Shown here: positions 9,236 through 18,222 of the stretch, one piece after another
Layout: each line of letters opens with the position of its first letter
Position numbering within the stretch: position 1 is the first letter of the stretch
NCBI GenBank assembly: GCA_036478295.1
Contig: JAZGDW010000303.1
Location: forward strand, 1-38,359
Direction of reading: 5' to 3'
Source: Candidatus Krumholzibacteriia bacterium
GTDB taxonomy: Bacteria; Krumholzibacteriota; Krumholzibacteriia; WVZY01
DNA: 38,359 nucleotides
Notes under the pieces: model-generated
Databases searched by the model: none
The model's input: only the letters and a program-made list of their open reading frames with translations
Told to the model about the DNA's origin: nothing
Program-made: the position numbers and the translations under genes

Positions 9236-9729
9236 GATGGGCTGGGTGGCTTCTCATACTGGCCATGACGGGCGTGGGCTGCGGCTATTACAGCACGACT
9301 TCACGGACGGCAAAGGGGATCAAGTCCATCGCGGTTCCTTTCTTTGAGAACAGGACACCGGAACCCAACCTCGAAATCAGCGTCACCGAACGCATCATCG
9401 ACAATCTGCTGGCGGACAACACGCTGCGAGTAGTGGACGAATCGCAGGCCGATGCCCTGCTGGAAGGCACCATTGTCACTTTCCAGAATATCCCGTTCTC
9501 TTTCAACCGCGATCTGAACGCCGAAGAGTACCATGTAACCATCACCGTCGAGGCGACCCTTTTCAGCAGGGCACTGAACGAGCCCATTTGGGACAAGCAG
9601 ATCATCAAGGGTGACGGCAGCTATTTCCTGGACGAGACGGTTAACGGTATCACCTTCGAGGACGCACTCGAAGAGGCGGTCAAAGAGATCACCGAGCGAA
9701 TTCTCAATCTGACCGTGCAGGACTGGTAG
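9232..9729 (+). CDS. lptE: LPS assembly lipoprotein, LptE family
   Basis: Lipobox GVGCGYY, IAVPFFENRT, ADALLEGTI; adjacent to holA and near leuS. Confidence 0.8.
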   Translation: MRWAGWLLILAMTGVGCGYYSTTSRTAKGIKSIAVPFFENRTPEPNLEISVTERIIDNLLADNTLRVVDESQADALLEGTIVTFQNIPFSFNRDLNAEEYHVTITVEATLFSRALNEPIWDKQIIKGDGSYFLDETVNGITFEDALEEAVKEITERILNLTVQDW

Positions 9730-9733
9730 CCAA

Positions 9734-10792
9734 ATGGGCAGGACGCTGCAGCGCTACAAGAAGCTTTTCGAGACCCTCAAGAACACCCCTCCCAAGCGGG
9801 TCTATTTTCTCTACGGTCCCGAAGAATACATCAAGAAGGAATTCGTCACCGAGCTCATGAAGCACGCGCTCGCTGACGGCAACAGGGCTTTCAACCTCGA
9901 TATCCTGCACGGCGACGAGTTCGAACGCGACCGTTTCGAGGACAGCATGAGCTCTTTCCCGCTCTTTACCGAACGCCGCATGGTTATCCTGAAGAAGTTC
10001 GAGGCACTGTCCACCACCACCAAGGATCTGGTCCTGGAGCGCATCGCCGGGGTAGCCGAGTCTCTGGTGCTGGTGGTCGAAGCAGGCAACGACAAGCTGG
10101 ATTCGGCGAGGCTGAAGAAACTCGACAAGATTGCCGCCGGGTTGGGGGTGTCGTTTCGCTTTCAGTTTCTCTCCGAGGAGGAAACAATCGAACGCATCAA
10201 GGGACGCCTCAGGCGTGAAGGACTCACCATCGAGCCGGCCGCGGTGGACCTCCTGTTGACGTCCGTTGGCACCCACTTGATCGACTTGAACAACGAACTC
10301 GATAAGATTGTCCTGAGCTGCGGCGAAGGCAAGACCATCACCCCGCAGCTGGTGGGTGAGGTAGTGGGGAAGTACCGCACGGAGAACATCTTCGCGTTTC
10401 TCGACGAGCTGGGGGGAGACGTGGGGCAAGTGATAGGCAAGGTGAACCGGGTCATCGACGGCGGCGAAGAGCCGGTGTTCATCATGGCGCTGCTCATGCG
10501 GCGTGTGCTGCAGCTCTTGCAGGTCAAGTCGCTCCTGCGTGAACACGGGTCAGGCGTGCGATCCCCGCGCGGTATCGCCGACCACATCGGCGGATACATG
10601 AGCCCCTTCCAGGCAGGGCGGCTGCTCGAACAGGTGGGGCGTTTCGACGCGGAAGCGCTCGCGACCTACCTCGAGAACCTGCGCTGGGCGGACACCAAAA
10701 TGAAGTCGACCGCCCTGCCCGCCCGCAGTCTGATAGAGACCTCTCTGCTCGCCTCCTCGGTCAGGAAAACCCTTGCCCTCTATGCAAATTGA
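9734..10792 (+). CDS. holA: DNA polymerase III delta subunit
   Basis: VYFLYGPEEY, FNLDILHG, PLFTERRMVI, LNNELDK, IFAFLD; lptE-holA synteny. Confidence 0.88.
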   Translation: MGRTLQRYKKLFETLKNTPPKRVYFLYGPEEYIKKEFVTELMKHALADGNRAFNLDILHGDEFERDRFEDSMSSFPLFTERRMVILKKFEALSTTTKDLVLERIAGVAESLVLVVEAGNDKLDSARLKKLDKIAAGLGVSFRFQFLSEEETIERIKGRLRREGLTIEPAAVDLLLTSVGTHLIDLNNELDKIVLSCGEGKTITPQLVGEVVGKYRTENIFAFLDELGGDVGQVIGKVNRVIDGGEEPVFIMALLMRRVLQLLQVKSLLREHGSGVRSPRGIADHIGGYMSPFQAGRLLEQVGRFDAEALATYLENLRWADTKMKSTALPARSLIETSLLASSVRKTLALYAN

Positions 10793-10805
10793 TTATATAA
10801 ATCAA
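10773..10805 (+). promoter_or_regulatory. Promoter candidate with an overlapping palindromic operator upstream of trx-tusA-leuS
   Basis: TTGCCC-N17-TATAAA, overlapped by the near-perfect palindrome TTGATTATATAAATCAA (10789-10805). Confidence 0.45.
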
Positions 10806-10889
10806 CTTGCGGTTGCCGCCGGCACGTGAGCGCGAGGCGGTCGCAACCTGGCCACCTCGAGAACCACTGGTAATGGAGGCCATAATCTC

Positions 10890-11219
10890 ATGTGTGCAGA
10901 CAAGTTAACTCCCTTGTCGGATGACGAATGGGCCGAGAAGGTCGAACGCGCCGACAAGGCGGTGGTCGTGGACTTTTGGGCGCCGTGGTGCGAGCCGTGC
11001 ACACTCGTGGATCCCATTCTGGAGAAACTCGCCGAGAAATATCAGGGCACCGTGGAATTCCTCAAGATGAACATCGACGAGGCCAAAACGGTTCCGAACA
11101 AGTACGCCGTCCGAAGCATTCCCACGATTCTATTCTTCAAGCAGGGCAAGATCGCTAATCAGATTATTGGCGTCGAGTCCGAAGAGGCCATCGAAAAGGC
11201 GATCCAGGAACTTCTTTAG
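10890..11219 (+). CDS. Thioredoxin
   Basis: VVVDFWAPWCEPC, YAVRSIPTILFFKQG. Confidence 0.92.
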   Translation: MCADKLTPLSDDEWAEKVERADKAVVVDFWAPWCEPCTLVDPILEKLAEKYQGTVEFLKMNIDEAKTVPNKYAVRSIPTILFFKQGKIANQIIGVESEEAIEKAIQELL

Positions 11220-11273
11220 CAGTCAACGGTGGTTGAGCGGTTGGACGATCAGCCACCCGGGGGGTGAACGAAC

Positions 11274-11507
11274 GTGAATGACGGCGAGTGGCGCATCAAT
11301 GCCAAGGGGCTCTCGAATCCGGGTCCGCGGCTGATGGTGGAGAACGCGCTGGCGCAGGCAGGCGGGCGGCCGCTGCGGGTGATTGTTTCGGAAGCGGCAG
11401 CGGCAGAGGACCTCAAAGCGTATTTCAAGAAGCTCGGCCGCGTCTACGAAATCGACGAGATCGGTGAGGAATTTCACATTCTGGTCGCGGCGCTCAAAGA
11501 CAGTTAA
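11274..11507 (+). CDS. TusA/SirA-like protein lacking the active-site cysteine
   Basis: INAKGLSNPGP aligns to the TusA D(A/T)xGLxCPxP motif; LRVIVSE..AAEDL and EFHILV fit the TusA fold; 77 aa. Confidence 0.7.
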   Translation: MNDGEWRINAKGLSNPGPRLMVENALAQAGGRPLRVIVSEAAAAEDLKAYFKKLGRVYEIDEIGEEFHILVAALKDS

Positions 11508-11534
11508 CACGCGGGCACCAGTCCGCGGAGTCAT

Positions 11535-14024
11535 ATGAGCCGGTATCCGTACAAAACAATCGAGAAGAAGTGGCAGCAGCGCTGGGCCGAAAACGGCCTC
11601 ATGCACACGGACCTGTCGAACGCGGACAACAAGTACTACTGCCTCATGATGTTCCCGTATCCGTCCGGTGAGCTGCACGTGGGTCACGGGCGCAACTATA
11701 TTATTGGAGACGCGCTGGCCCGGTTGAAGATGATGCAGGGCTGCCGCGTGCTGGCTCCCATGGGGTGGGATGCGTTCGGTCTGCCGGCTGAGAACGCCGC
11801 CCTCAAAGAGGACATCCATCCCGCCGTGTGGACACGGGAGAACATCAAACGCATGAAGGAGCAGTTCTATCGCTGGGGCGTGGTGTACGATTGGCCCCGT
11901 GAGATCGCGTCGTGCGAGCCGGAATACTACCGGTGGACCCAGTGGCTGTTCGTGCAGCTGTACAAACACGGCCTCGCGTACCGCAAGGCGGCTTCGGTGA
12001 ACTGGTGCCCATCGTGCCAGACGGTGCTGGCCAACGAGCAGGTCATCGCCGGCGCGTGTGAGCGCTGCGGCACCGAGATCGTTGAGCGGTTCCTCGAACA
12101 GTGGTTTTTCAAAATAACCGATTTCGCAGATGCACTGCTGGACGACCTCGACACGCTGCAATGGTGGCCCGAGCGCGTGGTGCAGATGCAGCGCAACTGG
12201 ATCGATCGCAGCGAAGGAACCGACGTCGATTTTTTGGTCACAGACAGCGACGGGCGGCTCACTTGTTTTACGACACGGCCTGACACAATCTTTGGCGCCA
12301 CGTTTGTAGTGATCTCACCGGACCATCCGCTGGTGGATGGGCTGATCGGCGGTTCCGAGAGGGAAGCGGAGGTGCGGGCGTTTATCGACAGCGAACGAGC
12401 GCGCAAGCTCTCGGGTGACGCCCGGAACGAGCCGGGCAAGGAAGGCATCTTCACCGGCCGGCATGCCCTCAATCCGCTGAACGGGGAAGAAGTGCCGATC
12501 TATGTCGCTCCGTACGTACTGACGGAATACGGCACCGGGGCCATCATGGCGGTGCCCGGGCATGACCAGCGGGATTTCGAGTTTGCGCAGACCTACGATC
12601 TTCCCATTTCCGAGGTCATCCGGCCGGTGACAGGCAAATCAACCCTGCCGCAAGCCGCATACGAAGGCAAAGGGATCCTGGTCAACAGCGGTCGCTATGA
12701 TGGAATGACCAGCGACGAGGCGTTCGACAAGATCGCCGCCTGGCTCGAGGAGAAATCGCTGGGAAAGCGCACGACAAACTACCGCCTGCGGGACTGGCTG
12801 GTGTCGCGGCAGCGTTACTGGGGGGCTCCGATTCCCATGATCCACTGCGGGGCCTGCGGTACGGTGCCGGTGCCCGAGCGCGATCTGCCGGTGCGTTTGC
12901 CCGACGACGTGGAGTTCCGGCCGCGGGGCGACGGCAAGAGTCCCCTGGCCAGCAGCGCGAAATTCCTGCAGGTGGCGTGTCCCGAGTGCGGTGGCAAGGC
13001 CGAGCGGGATACGGACACGATGGATACCTTTGTCGACTCGAGCTGGTACTACCTGCGCTACGTCAGCCCGAACGACAACGAGCGAGCGTTCACCGCGGAT
13101 ACCGTCGGCAGCTGGCTGCCGGTGGACCAGTATATCGGCGGCGTCGAGCACGCGATACTACACCTGTTGTACGCGCGTTTCGTCACCAAGTTTCTCCACC
13201 GCATCGGCATGGTGCCGTTCAAGGAGCCGTTCGCGCGGCTCTTTACACAGGGCATGATATGCAAGAACGGCGCGAAGATGTCGAAGAGCAAAGGCAACGT
13301 CGTCAGCCCCGACCCGATCATCGACGCCTTCGGCGCGGACTCCATGCGGCTCTATATCCTGTTCGCCGGGCCTCCGGAGCGTGATACCGAGTGGCGGGAC
13401 GACAGTATCGAAGGCTGCAGCCGTTTCATCAATCGCGTATGCCGGCTGTACGATTCGCGAAAAGACTTCGTTAACAAGTCACTTAACATACAGTTCGATC
13501 CCACCGCGCTCGAAGGGGCCGAAAAGGCCCTCCTGCGCAAGACGCACTGGGCCATTCTGAAGGTGCGCAAGGACCTCGAGGATACCTTTCATTTCAACAC
13601 GGCGATCAGCGCCACCATGGAGCTGGCCAACGAGATGAGCGCGTTCGATCCGCACGCCCGGCTCGAGCCAGGGTCTGTGGGCGCGGGCGTATACGCATTC
13701 GCCATGGACGCTCTGGTGCGTCTCCTGGCACCGATGACACCGCATGTATGCGAGGACCTGTGGGAGCGCATGGGACACAAAGAGAGCGTCTTCCGGGCGA
13801 GCATGCCGCAGGCAGACGAAGCACTCACCAGGGCGGAAACCATCACGCTGGTCATTCAGATAAACAGCAAGATCCGGGCGCGTGAAGAGATCCCAGCCGG
13901 CGAGCCCGACGAGAAACTCCGCGAGATCGCGCTGGCCAATCCACGTATCCAGGAACTTTTGGCGGGCAATCCGCCCAAAAAGGTCCTGGTTATCCAGAAC
14001 AAACTCGTCAATGTGATCGTGTAA
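11535..14024 (+). CDS. leuS: Leucine--tRNA ligase
   Basis: MFPYPSGELHVGH (HIGH), MGWDAFGLPAENAA, FTTRPDT, SRQRYWG, GGVEHA, KMSKSKGN. Confidence 0.98.
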   Translation: MSRYPYKTIEKKWQQRWAENGLMHTDLSNADNKYYCLMMFPYPSGELHVGHGRNYIIGDALARLKMMQGCRVLAPMGWDAFGLPAENAALKEDIHPAVWTRENIKRMKEQFYRWGVVYDWPREIASCEPEYYRWTQWLFVQLYKHGLAYRKAASVNWCPSCQTVLANEQVIAGACERCGTEIVERFLEQWFFKITDFADALLDDLDTLQWWPERVVQMQRNWIDRSEGTDVDFLVTDSDGRLTCFTTRPDTIFGATFVVISPDHPLVDGLIGGSEREAEVRAFIDSERARKLSGDARNEPGKEGIFTGRHALNPLNGEEVPIYVAPYVLTEYGTGAIMAVPGHDQRDFEFAQTYDLPISEVIRPVTGKSTLPQAAYEGKGILVNSGRYDGMTSDEAFDKIAAWLEEKSLGKRTTNYRLRDWLVSRQRYWGAPIPMIHCGACGTVPVPERDLPVRLPDDVEFRPRGDGKSPLASSAKFLQVACPECGGKAERDTDTMDTFVDSSWYYLRYVSPNDNERAFTADTVGSWLPVDQYIGGVEHAILHLLYARFVTKFLHRIGMVPFKEPFARLFTQGMICKNGAKMSKSKGNVVSPDPIIDAFGADSMRLYILFAGPPERDTEWRDDSIEGCSRFINRVCRLYDSRKDFVNKSLNIQFDPTALEGAEKALLRKTHWAILKVRKDLEDTFHFNTAISATMELANEMSAFDPHARLEPGSVGAGVYAFAMDALVRLLAPMTPHVCEDLWERMGHKESVFRASMPQADEALTRAETITLVIQINSKIRAREEIPAGEPDEKLREIALANPRIQELLAGNPPKKVLVIQNKLVNVIV

Positions 14025-14068
14025 CCAGCGGGGTTCGATCCGCCTTACGTCGAGTCCTGGGCATGCTA

Positions 14069-14096
14069 GGTTAACATAATATATCTTATGCGACAT
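14069..14096 (-). other. dif (XerC/XerD chromosome dimer resolution) site
   Basis: Minus strand ATGTCGCATAA-GATATA-TTATGTTAACC versus E. coli dif GGTGCGCATAA-TGTATA-TTATGTTAAAT. AT-rich and intergenic between convergent genes. Confidence 0.88.
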
Positions 14097-14258
14097 ATTA
14101 GGCCTGATTCCTGGGCCGCCGCATCCACGATCAACCGCAGGGTACCGGGCGTTTCCCTGCTGCGGGTCCGCGGGCAATTCCGCCCCGTGCCCCGGCTTTT
14201 GCCGCCTTTATTCGAGCGTATGATGGACGAACAGTCGTGTTGCGAGATGCTGCGGTGG

Positions 14259-14642
14259 CTAGATGAGCGGGACTTTTTCGCTGTAGTGACCGAAAAACGG
14301 CATCACCCAGCGTTCCCCGAAAAGCGCCTTGACGAAGCCCATCACGGAGAAAAACAGCGCGCAGACGTAGACGACGGTTTGGAGCAGGATAATAATCAGC
14401 AGGCCGAGAAACGGCAGGCGTCCGACCGTTCGGTCGAGAATGACAATGGCAAGAAAACTGGCACACTCGGCCAGAAAGAGCAGGAATGCCTGGCGGGCGT
14501 GATAGCGGATAAAGCTGCTCTCTTTTCCCTTCCACAGCGCAAAGAAGCAGAAAAAGAAGAGGTAGCCCACGGCCGCGTACCATCGCTCGTGATCCGCGAG
14601 GATGACCTTTTCAGCAGGAATGGATCTATCGGGTTCCGGCAT
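14259..14642 (-). CDS. DUF4870/Tic20-like membrane protein
   Basis: AAVGYL...SFIRYHARQAFLLF, three hydrophobic segments, KALFGERWVMPFFG. Confidence 0.75.
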   Translation of the reverse strand: MPEPDRSIPAEKVILADHERWYAAVGYLFFFCFFALWKGKESSFIRYHARQAFLLFLAECASFLAIVILDRTVGRLPFLGLLIIILLQTVVYVCALFFSVMGFVKALFGERWVMPFFGHYSEKVPLI

Positions 14643-14657
14643 GACTCGCCTGACGCG

Positions 14658-15323
14658 TCACTTGAGAAGGGCCATTTTCACGTCCACACGGCTCTTGAGA
14701 GGCCCGGTCGCGATCTCGGCCACCTTGTCGTAAAAACCGAGTGCCCGCGTAACGTCCCCCGTTTCCTCGTAGAATAGACCGGCGCTGAAGAGGACGTTCG
14801 CGTATCGCACATCCCCCGGGTCCATGGTATCCGCGAGGTCCTCCAGCTCTTCGGCCGCCGCCTGGAACTGCGTCAACCCCTCGTGGCTGTATGCCTTGCC
14901 GATTCTGGCGGCCACGCGAAAAGGCGCCTCTTCACCGGCGCGGCGCAAATAGCGGTCGTACGCGTCGATGGCGTCCTGGTACCTGTAAAGGGCCAGGTAG
15001 CATTCTCCAAGAAAATACATCGAGACCACACCCACCTTATGACTCGAATAACGGTCGGCGATCGTCAAGAACGTCGTACTCGCCGCCCGGTAATTCCGTA
15101 GCATGAATTGGTCCATCGCAAGAGCTTGCTGCTGCTCCGCCTCGGCCGCGGTATTGCGGCGCGCGTTGGCCGTAAACAGAATGATTCCGATCGCCGCCAC
15201 CAGGATTACGACGCCGGAGATGACCTGGGTGAAGTGTTTCTGGATGAAATTGGACGTCTTGAGCGCGATCGTGACCAGGTGATCTTCTTTGAAATCCTTC
15301 TTTCGCAGCCGTTTCTTGGCCAT
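14658..15323 (-). CDS. Membrane-anchored tetratricopeptide repeat protein (YfgM-like)
   Basis: Basic N-terminus KKDFKED, single TM, TPR-like helices (YFLGECY, ARIGKAYSHE, LFSAGLFYEETGD). Confidence 0.8.
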   Translation of the reverse strand: MAKKRLRKKDFKEDHLVTIALKTSNFIQKHFTQVISGVVILVAAIGIILFTANARRNTAAEAEQQQALAMDQFMLRNYRAASTTFLTIADRYSSHKVGVVSMYFLGECYLALYRYQDAIDAYDRYLRRAGEEAPFRVAARIGKAYSHEGLTQFQAAAEELEDLADTMDPGDVRYANVLFSAGLFYEETGDVTRALGFYDKVAEIATGPLKSRVDVKMALLK

Positions 15324-15509
15324 CCCACCTAAACCCCCTAGAGAGTGTGACTTAGAAGTTAGTACTTGAAAATATCACACACCTGCGTCACAGGCAACCT
15401 TTTTGTCCGCGACGTGGAGAAGAAACGCATTGACAGGGGCTCAGTTAGCCCATCACCCTGCACTGGATGTGCACGGTGCGCCAGCGTGCACCCAGACAGC
15501 GAGGCGGAG

Positions 15510-18011
15510 ATGTCCATGGAACCGCTGCATGTCCAGAAGCTCCGGATCCCCGTACTGCTCTTCATGGGCGGGATCGTGCTGCTCACGTTCCCCGGCTCCC
15601 GTGACCTTATTCAGTCGCCGTATTCGGGTATCGAGACTCAAAACCTCGTGGTTCAGAACATCCAGGCTCTCGGTCCGAACGCCGATGCCGGTATCCGCCG
15701 CGGGGACCTCATTGTATCCGTGCAGGGCACGCCCGTTCGAAACCGCAATCACCTGCGCCACCTGATCCGTCCCAACACCGCGTTTGCCCCCCAGGGATAC
15801 ACGTTTGACCGGGACGGACGCACGGTTGCCGTGCAGGTCCGGTACACGCGAATCCCCGCTGCCATCGTCAACCGCCATTTCGCCTCCGTCCTGGTCGGCT
15901 TTACCTTTCTCGTGATGGGATTGCTGGTCTTGCTGCGCCGCGCGGACTCGGTCGGCATCCTCTTTTCGGTAAACTGCGCAATATTCGCATATTTTCTGAG
16001 CGATAAGCCGGTACCCCCGTCGACATTCCTGCAGCTCTCGGGCGAGCTCTTCCACGATCTCGTCATGCTGGGATTTCCCGCGGTGTTCCTGCATTTCTTC
16101 CTCGTTTTTCACGATCGGCCGCACAGTCTCGGCAGGCGCGCGCGTGTGCGCCGCGCCGTGGCCATCTACACCCTGCCGGCTGTCATCTACATCGTGAGCT
16201 CGTTCTTTGCCGTTCGTTCCTTTCTCCTGCTCCCGGCATCGCAGCTGGCAGTCCAGTTCATCATCATTGCCTCAACACTGTACATGGCTGTGTACCTGAT
16301 CACGTCGCTCGTGGTCTTCATACGGAACTACCGTGCCTCGTCGAGAGCCCAAAAGCAGAAGCTGCGCATCGCCATCACCGGGACCACGGTGGGCATCCTG
16401 CCGTTCCTGGGGACGACGGTCTGGCGGCAGATTGCGACCGGGACAAATACACCGCTCGAGTTCGTGTCCGTCCTTTCATTGTCCTTCATTTCGATTTCGT
16501 TCGCGTACACGATCCTCAAACACGGCGCGATCGAGCTGAACATCGTTCTGAGGCGGAGCCTGGGATACGCGTTTCTCGCCGGGATTATCGTGGCCACCTA
16601 CTATGGCGTGGTCGACCTGCTGGGAAATTTCCTCAAACAAGAATTCACGTTGTCATCGGCCATGTCGACGGCGTTCTCGATGGTGACCATCGTTATCCTC
16701 GCCCTCCTCCTCGCACCCGCGAGGAGCATGGTGCTGCGTGTGGTCGACCGCCTGTTTCGGCGCAATGACTATGACTACATGCACGAGGTACTCGAGTTCG
16801 GGCGCCAGCTCTCCAAAAAGTTGAAGAAGACCGAGATTCGCGATCTCTTCTGCGAGCGGGTCACCGCGCTTCTCGACGTATCGTTCTTGGCGTGCTACAC
16901 GCCGAACGGCGAAGATAGCGACTGGCGACTGGACCATGTCTGTGGAGAAGCAGCGTCGGCGCCAGAGCTATTCCCCAGGGGATCGCTCCTGGACCGCTAT
17001 TTCAGCCGCTACAAGAAGCCGCTGATGGTGGAGTACCTGGACTACGACTGGGGACGGCGACACCTCGACCGCACTTCGACGGACTTTCTCAGGTCGAGCC
17101 GGGCGGCCGTGTGCCTGCCGGTGGTCGCCTCCGAGACGATTATCGGAGCCGTGGTCCTGGGCGCCAAGAATTCGGGACGCCTGTACACGCAAACCGATTC
17201 CCTGCTCCTGGAGCGCTTTGCGGCCCAACTCGGTCTAGTCCTGGAAAACGCCGCCCTGCATGAAGCCACCGTCGAACAGGAGCGCCTGAAGAGCGAGGTG
17301 ATGCTCGCCCGTGAAATCCAGCTCAGCTTGCTGCCCAAAGAGTCCCCCCGCCACCCGGCCATCGAGTTCCTGGGCAAGATGACCAGCTCGGAGGAAGTCG
17401 GAGGGGATTATTTCGACTACTTCGCCCTGGGGAGCGATCGCTTCGGTGTCTGTATCGGGGATGTCAACGGACACGGGGTACCCGCGGCCATGCTGATGTC
17501 GTCCATTCAGGCGGTCTTCAAGAATCTCGCCGTCAAGGACAAGATGAACCCTGGCGAGCTGGTGACCGAGCTCAACCGCTACCTGTGCGGCAACGGCAAG
17601 GACGACCAGTTTGCCACGTTTTTCTATGGGACCGTGGACATGGTGGATTCGACCTTCACCTACTCCAACGCCGGTCACTGCCCCGCCCTGCTGCTCAAAC
17701 GGTCCTACGCCGACCGCCTGGGCGAAGGCGGCATGCCCCTGGGCGTCGACGCCGGCCAGACCTACCAGGAGGGCCGAACCCGCATCGAGCCCGGGGATAC
17801 GCTCTGCCTCTATACGGACGGGATCATCGAGCAGACCAACCCGGACGACGAGGAATTTGGGGAAAACGGTCTCATCGAGTTCCTACGGGCGAACAGGAAT
17901 CTTCCACTCTCGCGACTGCAGGAGATGCTTTTTGCCCGAGTTCTTGCCTTTGGCCGTGGCGTCCATCACGACGACGTTACGTGCATAATTGCCCACCATA
18001 AAGCCGCTTAG
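15510..18011 (+). CDS. PDZ + multi-TM + GAF + SpoIIE/RsbU-type PP2C phosphatase
   Basis: PDZ (GP.ADAGIRRGDLIVSVQG), many TM helices, GAF (LGAKNSGRLY), PP2C motifs VGGDYFD, GDVNGHGVPAA, YTDGI, DDVT. Start moved to the ATG at 15510 (or 15516) after GAGGCGGAG. Confidence 0.9.
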   Translation: MSMEPLHVQKLRIPVLLFMGGIVLLTFPGSRDLIQSPYSGIETQNLVVQNIQALGPNADAGIRRGDLIVSVQGTPVRNRNHLRHLIRPNTAFAPQGYTFDRDGRTVAVQVRYTRIPAAIVNRHFASVLVGFTFLVMGLLVLLRRADSVGILFSVNCAIFAYFLSDKPVPPSTFLQLSGELFHDLVMLGFPAVFLHFFLVFHDRPHSLGRRARVRRAVAIYTLPAVIYIVSSFFAVRSFLLLPASQLAVQFIIIASTLYMAVYLITSLVVFIRNYRASSRAQKQKLRIAITGTTVGILPFLGTTVWRQIATGTNTPLEFVSVLSLSFISISFAYTILKHGAIELNIVLRRSLGYAFLAGIIVATYYGVVDLLGNFLKQEFTLSSAMSTAFSMVTIVILALLLAPARSMVLRVVDRLFRRNDYDYMHEVLEFGRQLSKKLKKTEIRDLFCERVTALLDVSFLACYTPNGEDSDWRLDHVCGEAASAPELFPRGSLLDRYFSRYKKPLMVEYLDYDWGRRHLDRTSTDFLRSSRAAVCLPVVASETIIGAVVLGAKNSGRLYTQTDSLLLERFAAQLGLVLENAALHEATVEQERLKSEVMLAREIQLSLLPKESPRHPAIEFLGKMTSSEEVGGDYFDYFALGSDRFGVCIGDVNGHGVPAAMLMSSIQAVFKNLAVKDKMNPGELVTELNRYLCGNGKDDQFATFFYGTVDMVDSTFTYSNAGHCPALLLKRSYADRLGEGGMPLGVDAGQTYQEGRTRIEPGDTLCLYTDGIIEQTNPDDEEFGENGLIEFLRANRNLPLSRLQEMLFARVLAFGRGVHHDDVTCIIAHHKAA

Positions 18012-18028
18012 GCCCTTCTAAGGCAGCG

Positions 18029-18045
18029 CTGGAACGCTTCTTGCG
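18029..18045 (+). promoter_or_regulatory. Sigma-54 promoter candidate
   Basis: CTGGAACGCTTCTTGCG = GG-N10-GC, one mismatch from TGGCACG-N4-TTGC. Confidence 0.55.
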
Positions 18046-18119
18046 CTAGCCATTCGTTGCAATCCACGAAATACACCAAGAGCAGGTAAGTCAAGACCCT
18101 ATCCCAAGGGGGGTACGTC

Positions 18120-18167
18120 ATGCGTAAGATTTGCCTTATCGATCTACTCTGGTGGTTAAGAAGGTGA
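18120..18167 (+). CDS. 15-aa micropeptide MRKICLIDLLWWLRR (leader-peptide-like)
   Basis: AAGGGGGG RBS 6 nt before the ATG; tandem Trp codons; followed by a strong hairpin. Too short for the ORF track. Confidence 0.45.
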   Translation: MRKICLIDLLWWLRR

Positions 18168-18173
18168 GTTATT

Positions 18174-18222
18174 CGGTGTTCCCGCTTGCTCAGCAGGTGA
18201 TTGCGCGCAACCGGGAACACCG
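18174..18222 (+). other. Long RNA hairpin downstream of the micropeptide
   Basis: Perfect 11-bp CGGTGTTCCCG/CGGGAACACCG plus inner TTGC/GCAA; followed by a pyrimidine tract rather than a poly-U run. Confidence 0.6.

Noticed and set aside
14028..14043. T-loop-like GGTTCGATCC hairpin after leuS as a tRNA remnant
   Set aside because: No acceptor stem, anticodon arm or CCA; more likely a simple hairpin
15366..15509. Cys-rich N-terminal extension of the phosphatase (CTGCARC)
   Set aside because: Lies upstream of the RBS-supported ATG in a divergent promoter region; probably not translated
18120..18167. Classical trp operon attenuator
   Set aside because: No trp genes downstream and no poly-U terminator after the hairpin; kept only as an unexplained micropeptide
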